Source of the DNA: Auanema rhodensis
Lineage: Eukaryota; Animalia; Nematoda
Direction of reading: 5' to 3'
NCBI GenBank assembly: GCA_964057225.1
Contig: OZ059896.1
Coordinates: 5,332,001 to 5,396,000, forward strand
Length of the DNA stretch: 64,000 nt
Part shown: positions 15,401 to 28,612 of the stretch, in pieces
Numbering within the stretch: the stretch's first letter is position 1
Layout of the letters: every line of letters starts with the position of its first letter
Position numbers and translations under genes: made by a program
The notes under the pieces: model-generated
The model's input: the letters and a program-made list of their open reading frames with translations, nothing else
The model's database searches: none
What the model was told of the DNA's origin: nothing

Positions 15401-18400
15401 AACAATGCTTCCAAAAACATTTTGACAAAAATTTTCCCGAAAAATTTCAAAATAATTTCACAAAAAGTAGATGTTTTTAGATTCCTTTTTTCAAGACAAA
15501 GACGATGGACAATGTTATTCAACGAAAAAATTAAATCTTCAGGGTGAAAATCGAGGATATAAGTGTGAACCTATATCAGTTGATATCTCGGTGCATTTTC
15601 AAGCTAGCGCAAATCTGATAACACAGATCGACGCAGCTTAAAAATCCGCATCGAATGCACTTTACTACATGGAGAAACGCTCAATACAAAAATTAGTTAT
15701 GATCGTTTGAAAAATGATGCATTAGTGTATGTTGAGTTTCCATGTACACTCAACAATGCTTCCAAAAACATTTTGACAAAAATTTTCCCGAAAAATTTCA
15801 AAATAATTTCACAAAAAGTAGATGTTTTTAGATCCCTTTTTTCAAGACAAAGACGATGGGCATTGTTATTCAACAAAAAAATTAATTCTTCACGGTGAAA
15901 ATCGAGGATATAAGTGTGAACCTATATCAGTTGATATCTCGGTGCATTTTAAAGCTAGCGCAAATCTGATAACACAGATCGACGCAGCTTAAAAATCCGC
16001 ATCGAATGCACTATACTACATGGAGAAACGCTCAATACAAAAATTAGTTATGATCGTTTGAAAAATGATGCATTAGTGTATGTTGAGTTTCCATGTACAC
16101 TCAACAATGCTTCCAAAAACATTTTGACAAAAATTTTCCCGAAAAATTTCAAAATAATTTCACAAAAAGTAGATGTTTTTAGATTCCTTTTTTCAAGACA
16201 AAGACGATGGACATTGTTATTCAACAAAAAAATTAATTCTTCACGGTGAAAATCGAGGATATAAGTGTGAACCTATATCAGTTGATATCTCGGTGCATTT
16301 TCAAGCTAGCGCAAATCTGATAACACAGATCGACGCAGCTTAAAAATCCGCATCGAATGCACTATACTACATGGAGAAACGCTCAATACAAAAATTAGTT
16401 ATGATCGTTTGAAAAATGATGCATTAGTGTATGTTGAGTTTCCATGTACACTCAACAATGCTTCCAAAAACATTTTGACAAAAATTTTCCCGAAAAATTT
16501 CAAAATAATTTCACAAAAAGTAGATGTTTTTAGATTCCTTTTTTCAAGACAAAGACGATGGACATTGTTATTCAACAAAAAAATTAATTCTTCACGGTGA
16601 AAATCGAGGATATAAGTGTGAACCTATATCAGTTGATATCTCGGTGCATTTTCAAGCTAGCGCAAATCTGATAACACAGATCGACGCAGCTTAAAAATCC
16701 GCATCGAATGCACTATACTACATGGAGAAACGCTCAATACAAAAATTAGTTATGATCGTTTGAAAAATGATGCATTAGTGTATGTTGAGTTTCCATGTAC
16801 ACTCAACAATGCTTCCAAAAACATTTTGACAAAAATTTTCCCGAAAAATTTCAAAATAATTTCACAAAAAGTAGATGTTTTTAGATTCCTTTTTTCAAGA
16901 CAAAGACGATGGACAATGTTATTCAACGAAAAAATTAATTCTTCACGGTGAAAATCGAGGATATAAGTGTGAACCTATATCAGTTGATATCTCGGTGCAT
17001 TTTCAAGCTAGCGCAAATCTGATAACACAGATCGACGCAGCTTAAAAATCCGCATCGAATGCACTATACTACATGGAGAAACGCTCAATACAAAAATTAG
17101 TTATGATCGTTTGAAAAATGATGCATTAGTGTATGTTGAGTTTCCATGTACACTCAACAATGCTTCCAAAAACATTTTGACAAAAATTTTCCCGAAAAAT
17201 TTCAAAATAATTTCACAAAAAGTAGATGTTTTTAGATTCCTTTTTTCAAGACAAAGACGATGGACATTGTTATTCAACAAAAAAATTAATTCTTCACGGT
17301 GAAAATCGAGGATATAAGTGTGAACCTATATCAGTTGATATCTCGGTGCATTTTCAAGCTAGCGCAAATCTGATAACACAGATCGACGCAGCTTAAAAAT
17401 CCGCATCGAATGCACTATACTACATGGAGAAACGCTCAATACAAAAATTAGTTATGATCGTTTGAAAAATGATGCATTAGTGTATGTTGAGTTTCCATGT
17501 ACACTCAACAATGCTTCCAAAAACATTTTGACAAAAATTTTCCCGAAAAATTTCAAAATAATTTCACAAAAAGTAGATGTTTTTAGATTCCTTTTTTCAA
17601 GACAAAGACGATGGACAATGTTATTCAACGAAAAAATTAAATCTTCAGGGTGAAAATCGAGGATATAAGTGTGAACCTATATCAGTTGATATCTCGGTGC
17701 ATTTTCAAGCTAGCGCAAATCTGATAACACAGATCGACGCAGCTTAAAAATCCGCATCGAATGCACTTTACTACATGGAGAAACGCTCAATACAAAAATT
17801 AGTTATGATCGTTTGAAAAATGATGCATTAGTGTATGTTGAGTTTCCATGTACACTCAACAATGCTTCCAAAAACATTTTGACAAAAATTTTCCCGAAAA
17901 ATTTCAAAATAATTTCACAAAAAGTAGATGTTTTTAGATTCCTTTTTTCAAGACAAAGACGATGGGCATTGTTATTCAACAAAAAAATTAATTCTTCACG
18001 GTGAAAATCGAGGATATAAGTGTGAACCTATATCAGTTGATATCTCGGTGCATTTTAAAGCTAGCGCAAATCTGATAACACAGATCGACGCAGCTTAAAA
18101 ATCCGCATCGAATGCACTATACTACATGGAGAAACGCTCAATACAAAAATTAGTTATGATCGTTTGAAAAATGATGCATTAGTGTATGTTGAGTTTCCAT
18201 GTACACTCAACAATGCTTCCAAAAACATTTTGACAAAAATTTTCCCGAAAAATTTCAAAATAATTTCACAAAAAGTAGATGTTTTTAGATTCCTTTTCTC
18301 AAGACAAAGACGATGGACATTGTTATTCAACAAAAAAATTAATTCTTCACGGTGAAAATCGAGGATATAAGTGTGAACCTATATCAGTTGATATCTCGGT

Positions 18401-21400
18401 GCATTTTCAAGCTAGCGCAAATCTGATAACACAGATCGACGCAGCTTAAAAATCCGCATCGAATGCACTATACTACATGGAGAAACGCTCAATACAAAAA
18501 TTAGTTATGATCGTTTGAAAAATGATGCATTAGTGTATGTTGAGTTTCCATGTACACTCAACAATGCTTCCAAAAACATTTTGACAAAAATTTTCCCGAA
18601 AAATTTCAAAATAATTTCACAAAAAGTAGATGTTTTTAGATTCCTTTTTTCAAGACAAAGACGATGGACATTGTTATTCAACAAAAAAATTAATTCTTCA
18701 CGGTGAAAATCGAGGATATAAGTGTGAACCTATATCAGTTGATATCTCGGTGCATTTTCAAGCTAGCGCAAATCTGATAACACAGATCGACGCAGCTTAA
18801 AAATCCGCATCGAATGCACTATACTACATGGAGAAACGCTCAATACAAAAATTAGTTATGATCGTTTGAAAAATGATGCATTAGTGTATGTTGAGTTTCC
18901 ATGTACACTCAACAATGCTTCCAAAAACATTTTGACAAAAATTTTCCCGAAAAATTTCAGAATAATTTCACAAAAAGTAGATGTTTTTAGATTCCTTTTT
19001 TCAAGACAAAGACGATGGACAATGTGATTCAACGAAAAAAATAAATCTTCAGGGTGAAAATCGAGGATATAAGTGTGAACCTATATCAGTTGATATCTCG
19101 GTGCATTTTCAAGCTAGCGCAAATCTGATAACACAGATCGACGCAGCTTAAAAATCCGCATCGAATGCACTATACTACATTAAGAAACGCTCAATACAAA
19201 AATTAGTTATGATTGTTTGAAAAATGATGCATTAGTGTATGTTGAGTTTCCATGTACACTCAACATTGCTTCCAAAAACATTTTGACAAACATTTTCCCG
19301 AAAAATTTCAGAATAAATTTACAAAAAGTAGATGTTTTTAGATTCCTTTTTTCAAGACAAAGACGATGGACATTGTCATTCAACAAAAAAATTAATTCTT
19401 CACGGTGAAAATCGAGGATATAAGTGTGAACCTATATCAGTTGATATCTCGGTGCATTTTCAAGCTAGCGCAAATCTGATAACACAGATCGACGCAGCTT
19501 AAAAATCCGCATCGAATGCACTATACTACATGGAAAAACGCTCAATACAAAAATTAGTTATGATCGTTTGAAAAATGATGCATTAGTGTATGTTGAGTTT
19601 CCATGTACACTCAACATTGCTTCCAAAAACATTTTGACAAAAATTTTCCCGAAAAATTTCAAAATAATTTCACAAAAAGTAGATGTTTTTAGATTCCTTT
19701 TTTCAAGACAAAGACGATGGACATTGTCATTCAACAAAAAAATTAATTCTTCACGGTGAAAATCGAGGATATAAGTGTGAACCTATATCAGTTGATATCT
19801 CGGTGCATTTTCAAGCTAGCGCAAATCTGATAACACAGATCGACGCAGCTTAAAAATCCGCATCGAATGCACTATACTACATGGAAAAACGCTCAATACA
19901 AAAATTAGTTATGATCGTTTGAAAAATGATGCATTAGTGTATGTTGAGTTTCCATGTACACTCAACATTGCTTCCAAAAACATTTTGACAAAAATTTTCC
20001 CGAAAAATTTCAAAATAATTTCACAAAAAGTAGATGTTTTTAGATTCCTTTTTTCAAGACAAAGACGATGGACATTGTTATTCAACAAAAAAATTAATTC
20101 TTCAGGGTGAAAATCGAGGATATAAGTGTGAACTTATATCAGTTGATATCTCGGTGCATTTTTAAGCTAGCGCAAATCTGATAACACAGATCGACGCAGC
20201 TTAAAAATCCGCATCGAATGCACTATACTACATGGAGAAACGCTCAATACAAAAATTAGTTATGATCGTTTGAAAAATGATGCATTAGTGTATGTTGAGT
20301 TTCCATGTACACTCAACAATGCTTCCAAAAACATTTTGACAAAAATTTTCCCGAAAAATTTCAAAATAATTTCACAAAAAGTAGATGTTTTTAGATTCCT
20401 TTTTTCAAGACAAAGACGATGGACATTGTTATTCAACAAAAAAATTAATTCTTCACGGTGAAAATCGAGGATATAAGTGTGAACCTATATCAGTTGATAT
20501 CTCGGTGCATTTTCAAGCTAGCGCAAATCTGATAACACAGATCGACGCAGCTTAAAAATCCGCATCGAATGCACTATACTACATTAAGAAAAGCTTAATA
20601 CAAAAATTAGTTATGATCGTTTGAAAAATGATGCATTAGTGTATGTTGAGTTTCCATGTACACTCAACAATGCTTCCAAAAACATTTTGACAAAAATTTT
20701 CCCGAAAAATTTCAAAATAATTTCACAAAAAGTAGATGTTTTTAGATTCCTTTTTTCAAGACAAAGACGATGGACATTGTTATTCAACAAAAAAATTAAT
20801 TCTTCACGGTGAAAATCGAGGATATAAGTGTGAACCTATATCAGTTGATATCCCGGTGCATTTTCAAGCTAGCGCAAATCTGATAACACAGATCGACGCA
20901 GCTTAAAAATCCGCATCGAATGCACTATACTACATTAAGAAAAGCTTAATACAAAAATTAGTTATGATCGTTTGAAAAATGATGCATTAGTGTATGTTGA
21001 GTTTCCATGTACACTCAACATTGCTTCCAAAAACATTTTGACAAAAATTTTCCCGAAAAATTTCAAAATAATTTCACAAAAAGTAGATGTTTTTAGATTC
21101 CTTTTTTCAAGACAAAGACGATGGACATTGTTATTCAACAAAAAAATTAATTCTTCAGGGTGAAAATCGAGGATATAAGTGTGAACTTATATCAGTTGAT
21201 ATCTCGGTGCATTTTTAAGCTAGCGCAAATCTGATAACACAGATCGACGCAGCTTAAAAATCCGCATCGAATGCACTATACTACATTAAGAAAAGCTTAA
21301 TACAAAAATTAGTTATGATCGTTTGAAAAATGATGCATTAGTGTATGTTGAGTTTCCATGTACACTCAACATTGCTTCCAAAAACATTTTGACAAAAATT

Positions 21401-24059
21401 TTCCCGAAAAATTTCAAAATAATTTCACAAAAAGTAGATGTTTTTAGATTTCTTTTCTCAAGACAAAGACGATGGACATTGTTATTCAACAAAAAAATTA
21501 ATTCTTCAGGGTGAAAATCGAGGATATAAGTGTGAACTTATATCAGTTGATATCTCGGTGCATTTTTAAGCTAGCGCAAATCTGATAACACAGATCGACG
21601 CAGCTTAAAAATCCACATCGAATGCACTATACTACATTGGGAAACACTCAATACAAACATTAGTTATGATCGTTTGAAAAATGATGCATTAGTGTATGTT
21701 GAGTTTCCATGTACACTCAACATTGCTTCCAAAAACATTTTGACAAAAATTTTCCCGAAAAATTTCAAAATAATTTCACAAAAAGTAGATGTTTTTAGAT
21801 TCCTTTTTTCAAGACAAAGACGATGGACATTGTTATTCAACAAAAAAATTAATTCTTCAGGGTGAAAATCGAGGATATAAGTGTGAACCTATATCAGTTG
21901 ATATCTCGGTGCATTTTCAAGCTAGCGCAAATCTGATAACACAGATCGACGCAGCTTAAAAATCCGCATCGAATGCACTATACTACATGGAGAAACGCTC
22001 AATACAAAAATTAGTTATGATCGTTTGAAAAATGATGCATTAGTGTATGTTGAGTTTCCATGTACACTCAACATTGCTTCCAAAAACATTTTGACAAAAA
22101 TTTTCCCGAAAAATTTCAAAATAATTTCACAAAAAGTAGATGTTTTTAGATTTCTTTTTTCAAGACAAAGACGATGGACATTGTTATTCAACAAAAAAAT
22201 TAATTCTTCAGGGTGAAAATCGAGGATATAAGTGTGAACTTATATCAGTTGATATCTCGGTGCATTTTTAAGCTAGCGCAAATCTGATAACACAGATCGA
22301 CGCAGCTTAAAAATCCACATCGAATGCACTATACTACATTGGGAAACACTCAATACAAACATTAGTTATGATCGTTTGAAAAATGATGCATTAGTGTATG
22401 TTGAGTTTCCATGTACACTCAACATTGCTTCCAAAAACATTTTGACAAAAATTTTCCCGAAAAATTTCAAAATAATTTCACAAAAAGTAGATGTTTTTAG
22501 ATTCCTTTTTTCAAGACAAAGACGATGGACATTGTTATTCAACAAAAAAATTAATTCTTCAGGGTGAAAATCGAGGATATAAGTGTGAACCTATATCAGT
22601 TGATATCTCGGTGCATTTTCAAGCTAGCGCAAATCTGATAACACAGATCGACGCAGCTTAAAAATCCGCATCGAATGCACTATACTACATGGAGAAACGC
22701 TCAATACAAAAATTAGTTATGATCGTTTGAAAAATGATGCATTAGTGTATGTTGAGTTTCCATGTACACTCAACAATGCTTCCAAAAACATTTTGACAAA
22801 ATTTTTCCCGAAAAATTTCAAAATAATTTCACAAAAAGTAGATGTTTTTAGATTCCTTCTTTCAAGACAAAGACGATGGACAATGTTATTCAACGAAAAA
22901 ATTAAATCTTCAGGGTGAAAATCGAGGATATAAGTGTGAACCTATATCAGTTGATATCTCGGTGCATTTTCAAGCTAGCGCAAATCTGATAACACAGATC
23001 GACGCAGCTTAAAAATCCACATCGAATGCACTATACTACATTGGGAAACACTCAATACAAACATTAGTTATGATCGTTTGAAAAATGATGCATTAGTGTA
23101 TGTTGAGTTTCCATGTACACTCAACATTGCTTCCAAAAACATTTTGACAAAAATTTTCCCGAAAAATTTCAAAATAATTTCACAAAAAGTAGATGTTTTT
23201 AGATTCCTTTTTTCAAGACAAAGACGATGGACATTGTTATTCAACAAAAAAATTAATTCTTCAGGGTGAAAATCGAGGATATAAGTGTGAACCTATATCA
23301 GTTGATATCTCGGTGCATTTTCAAGCTAGCGCAAATCTGATAACACAGATCGACGCAGCTTAAAAATCCGCATCGAATGCACTATACTACATGGAGAAAC
23401 GCTCAATACAAAAATTAGTTATGATCGTTTGAAAAATGATGCATTAGTGTATGTTGAGTTTCCATGTACACTCAACAATGCTTCCAAAAACATTTTGACA
23501 AAATTTTTCCCGAAAAATTTCAAAATAATTTCACAAAAAGTAGATGTTTTTAGATTCCTTCTTTCAAGACAAAGACGATGGACAATGTTATTCAACGAAA
23601 AAATTAAATCTTCAGGGTGAAAATCGAGGATATAAGTGTGAACCTATATCAGTTGATATCTCGGTGCATTTTCAAGCTAGCGCAAATCTGATAACACAGA
23701 TCGACGCAGCTTAAAAATCCGCATCGAATGCACTATACTACATGAAGAAACGCTCAATACAAAAATTAGTTATGATCGTTTGAAAAATGATGCATTAGTG
23801 TATGTTGAGTTTCCATGTACACTCAACAATGCTTCCAAAAACATTTTGACAAAAATTTTCCCGAAAAATTTCAAAATAATTTCACAAAAAGTAGATGTTT
23901 TTAGATTCCTTTTTTCAAGACAAAGACGATGGACATTGTTATTCAACAAAAAAATTAATTCTTCACGGTGAAAATCGAGGATATAAGTGTGAACCTATAT
24001 CAGTTGATATCTCGGTGCATTTTCAAGCTAGCGCAAATCTGATAACACAGATCGACGCA

Positions 24060-27000
24060 GCTTAAAAATCCGCATCGAATGCACTATACTACATTGGGAA
24101 ACACTAAATACAAAAATTAGTTATGATCGTTTGAAAAATGATGCATTAGTGTATGTTGAGTTTCCATGTACACTCAACATTGCTTCCAAAAACATTTTGA
24201 CAAAAATTTTCCCGAAAAATTTCAAAATAATTTCACAAAAAGTAGATGTTTTTAGATTCCTTTTTTCAAGACAAAGACGATGGACATTGTTATTCAACAA
24301 AAAAATTAATTCTTCAGGGTGAAAATCGAGGATATAAGTGTGAACTTATATCAGTTGATATCTCGGTGCATTTTTAAGCTAGCGCAAATCTGATAACACA
24401 GATCGACGCAGCTTAAAAATCCACATCGAATGCACTATACTACATTGGGAAACACTCAATACAAAAATTAGTTATGATCGTTTGAAAAATGATGCATTAG
24501 TGTATGTTGAGTTTCCATGTACACTCAACATTGCTTCCAAAAACATTTTGACAAAAATTTTCCCGAAAAATTTCAAAATAATTTCAGAAAAAGTAGATGT
24601 TTTTAGATTCCTTTTTTCAAGACAAAGACGATGGACATTGTTATTCAACAAAAAAATTAATTCTTCACGGTGAAAATCGAGGATATAAGTGTGAACCTAT
24701 ATCAGTTGATATCTCGGTGCATTTTCAAGCTAGCGCAAATCTGATAACACAGATCGACGCAGCTTAAAAATCCGCATCGAATGCACTATACTACATGGAG
24801 AAACGCTCAATACAAAAATTAGTTATGATCGTTTGAAAAATGATGCATTAGTGTATGTTGAGTTTCCATGTACACTCAACATTGCTTCCAAAAACATTTT
24901 GACAAAAATTTTCCCGAAAAATTTCAAAATAATTTCACAAAAAGTAGATGTTTTTAGATTCCTTTTTTCAAGACAAAGACGATGGACATTGTTATTCAAC
25001 AAAAAAATTAATTCTTCAGGGTGAAAATCGAGGATATAAGTGTGAACTTATATCAGTTGATATCTCGGTGCATTTTTAAGCTAGCGCAAATCTGATAACA
25101 CAGATCGACGCAGCTTAAAAATCCACATCGAATGCACTATACTACATTGGGAAACACTAAATACAAAAATTAGTTATGATCGTTTGAAAAATGATGCATT
25201 AGTGTATGTTGAGTTTCCATGTACACTCAACATTGCTTCCAAAAACATTTTGACAAAAATTTTCCCGAAAAATTTCAAAATAATTTCACAAAAAGTAGAT
25301 GTTTTTAGATTCCTTTTTTCAAGACAAAGACGATGGACATTGTTATTCAACAAAAAAATTAATTCTTCAGGGTGAAAATCGAGGATATAAGTGTGAACTT
25401 ATATCAGTTGATATCTCGGTGCATTTTTAAGCTAGCGCAAATCTGATAACACAGATCGACGCAGCTTAAAAATCCACATCGAATGCACTATACTACATTG
25501 GGAAACACTCAATACAAAAATTAGTTATGATCGTTTGAAAAATGATGCATTAGTGTATGTTGAGTTTCCATGTACACTCAACATTGCTTCCAAAAACATT
25601 TTGACAAAAATTTTCCCGAAAAATTTCAAAATAATTTCAGAAAAAGTAGATGTTTTTAGATTCCTTTTTTCAAGACAAAGACGATGGACATTGTTATTCA
25701 ACAAAAAAATTAATTCTTCACGGTGAAAATCGAGGATATAAGTGTGAACCTATATCAGTTGATATCTCGGTGCATTTTCAAGCTAGCGCAAATCTGATAA
25801 CACAGATCGACGCAGCTTAAAAATCCGCATCGAATGCACTATACTACATGGAGAAACGCTCAATACAAAAATTAGTTATGATCGTTTGAAAAATGATGCA
25901 TTAGTGTATGTTGAGTTTCCATGTACACTCAACATTGCTTCCAAAAACATTTTGACAAAAATTTTCCCGAAAAATTTCAAAATAATTTCACAAAAAGTAG
26001 ATGTTTTTAGATTCCTTTTTTCAAGACAAAGACGATGGACATTGTTATTCAACAAAAAAATTAATTCTTCAGGGTGAAAATCGAGGATATAAGTGTGAAC
26101 TTATATCAGTTGATATCTCGGTGCATTTTTAAGCTAGCGCAAATCTGATAACACAGATCGACGCAGCTTAAAAATCCACATCGAATGCACTATACTACAT
26201 TGGGAAACACTAAATACAAAAATTAGTTATGATCGTTTGAAAAATGATGCATTAGTGTATGTTGAGTTTCCATGTACACTCAACATTGCTTCCAAAAACA
26301 TTTTGACAAAAATTTTCCCGAAAAATTTCAAAATAATTTCACAAAAAGTAGATGTTTTTAGATTCCTTTTTTCAAGACAAAGACGATGGACATTGTTATT
26401 CAACAAAAAAATTAATTCTTCAGGGTGAAAATCGAGGATATAAGTGTGAACTTATATCAGTTGATATCTCGGTGCATTTTTAAGCTAGCGCAAATCTGAT
26501 AACACAGATCGACGCAGCTTAAAAATCCACATCGAATGCACTATACTACATTGGGAAACACTCAATACAAAAATTAGTTATGATCGTTTGAAAAATGATG
26601 CATTAGTGTATGTTGAGTTTCCATGTACACTCAACATTGCTTCCAAAAACATTTTGACAAAAATTTTCCCGAAAAATTTCAAAATAATTTCACAAAAAGT
26701 AGATGTTTTTAGATTCCTTTTTTCAAGACAAAGACGATGGACATTGTTATTCAACAAAAAAATTAATTCTTCACGGTGAAAATCGAGGATATAAGTGTGA
26801 ACCTATATCAGTTGATATCTCGGTGCATTTTCAAGCTAGCGCAAATCTGATAACACAGATCGACGCAGCTTAAAAATCCGCATCGAATGCACTATACTAC
26901 ATGGAGAAACGCTCAATACAAAAATTAGTTATGATCGTTTGAAAAATGATGCATTAGTGTATGTTGAGTTTCCATGTACACTCAACATTGCTTCCAAAAA

Positions 27001-27990
27001 CATTTTGACAAAAATTTTCCCGAAAAATTTCAAAATAATTTCACAAAAAGTAGATGTTTTTAGATTCCTTTTTTCAAGACAAAGACGATGGACATTGTTA
27101 TTCAACAAAAAAATTAATTCTTCAGGGTGAAAATCGAGGATATAAGTGTGAACTTATATCAGTTGATATCTCGGTGCATTTTTAAGCTAGCGCAAATCTG
27201 ATAACACAGATCGACGCAGCTTAAAAATCCACATCGAATGCATTATACTACATTGGGAAACACTAAATACAAAAATTAGTTATGATCGTTTGAAAAATGA
27301 TGCATTAGTGTATGTTGAGTTTCCATGTACACTCAACATTGCTTCCAAAAACATTTTGACAAAAATTTTCCCGAAAAATTTCAAAATAATTTCACAAAAA
27401 GTAGATGTTTTTAGATTCCTTTTTTCAAGACAAAGACGATGGACATTGTTATTCAACAAAAAAATTAATTCTTCAGGGTGAAAATCGAGGATATAAGTGT
27501 GAACTTATATCAGTTGATATCTCGGTGCATTTTTAAGCTAGCGCAAATCTGATAACACAGATCGACGCAGCTTAAAAATCCACATCGAATGCACTATACT
27601 ACATTGGGAAACACTCAATACAAAAATTAGTTATGATCGTTTGAAAAATGATGCATTAGTGTATGTTGAGTTTCCATGTACACTCAACATTGCTTCCAAA
27701 AACATTTTGACAAAAATTTTCCCGAAAAATTTCAAAATAATTTCACAAAAAGTAGATGTTTTTAGATTCCTTTTTTCAAGACAAAGACGATGGACATTGT
27801 TATTCAACAAAAAAATTAATTCTTCACGGTGAAAATCGAGGATATAAGTGTGAACCTATATCAGTTGATATCTCGGTGCATTTTCAAGCTAGCGCAAATC
27901 TGATAACACAGATCGACGCAGCTTAAAAATCCGCATCGAATGCACTATACTACATGGAGAAACGCTCAATACAAAAATTAGTTATGATCG
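24060..27990 (+). repeat. Local 3-mer higher-order repeat (1053 bp, ~4 copies) in SatA
   Basis: CACTAAAT variant at 24106, 25159, 26212 and 27265; TCAGAA variant in monomers 24482 and 25535; G,G,R cycle at ORF ends in the ORF track. Confidence 0.88.
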
Positions 27991-28440
27991 TTTGAAAAAT
28001 GATGCATTAGTGTATGTTGAGTTTCCATGTACACTCAACAATGCTTCCAAAAACATTTTGACAAAAATTTTCCCGAAAAATTTCAAAATAATTTCACAAA
28101 AAGTAGATGTTTTTAGATTCCTTTTTTCAAGACAAAGACGATGGACAATGTTATTCAACGAAAAAATTAAATCTTCAGGGTGAAAATCGAGGATATAAGT
28201 GTGAACCTATATCAGTTGATATCTCGGTTCATTTTTAAGCTAGCGCAAATCTGATAACACAGATCGACGCAGCTTAAAAATCCGCATCGAATGTACTATA
28301 CTACATTAAGAAACGCTCAATACAAAAATTAGTTATGATTGTTTGAAAAATGATGCATTAGTGTATGTTGAGTTTCCATGTACACTCAACATTGCTTCCA
28401 AAAACATTTTGACAAACATTTTCCCGAAAAATTTCAGAAT

Positions 28441-28470
28441 AAATTTACAAAAAAATTAAAGTTCACGTAA
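28441..28470. other. SatA/SatB junction inside an A7 tract
   Basis: ...AAATTTACAAAAA (SatA, to 28453) joins AAATTAAAGTTCACG (SatB, from 28453); 1-bp overlap, no inserted sequence. Confidence 0.93.
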
Positions 28471-28479
28471 ATTTCAAAG

Positions 28480-28494
28480 TCATGGTTACCATGA
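28480..28494. other. 15-bp odd palindrome in SatB monomers (example): TCATGGT-T-ACCATGA
   Basis: Perfect 7-bp arms around one T; 6-bp arms in the CATGCACC variant. Confidence 0.9.
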
Positions 28495-28572
28495 ACCAAT
28501 ATCAATAAAAATTTGTTTTTAGACTAATTTGGACATGGGGAATCTAATTTTGAAAACCGCATCTATTTATCT

Positions 28573-28612
28573 TTCACGTGAAGCGAGTTACATACCAAGT
28601 GCACATCACGTG
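28573..28612. promoter_or_regulatory. Pair of CACGTG E-box motifs per SatB monomer (example); protein binding not demonstrated
   Basis: TTCACGTGAA (28573-28582, perfect 10-bp palindrome) and ATCACGTG (28605-28612). The motifs are certain; function is inference. Confidence 0.3.

Larger units (their letters stand above)
1..28453 (+). repeat. Tandem satellite array, 351-bp monomer (SatA, left subfamily), ~81 copies; continues beyond window start
   Basis: ORF-track starts fall exactly on 263+351k up to 27992, and the same TTG recurs at 28343. Line starts are identical at 1, 7021, 14041, 21061 and 28081 (every 20x351). Monomers differ only by substitutions at recurrent sites. Confidence 0.99.

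Noticed and set aside
263-28183. Dozens of near-identical 63-aa ORFs (MKNDALVYVEF...)
   Set aside because: They start at TTG rather than ATG, have no recognisable domain, and have F/K/I/N-rich composition reflecting A/T tracts. Many variants are non-synonymous, the frame is broken in monomer 18866 (TGA), and the right subfamily has a fixed TAG (ATT TAG). Artefact of the repeat.
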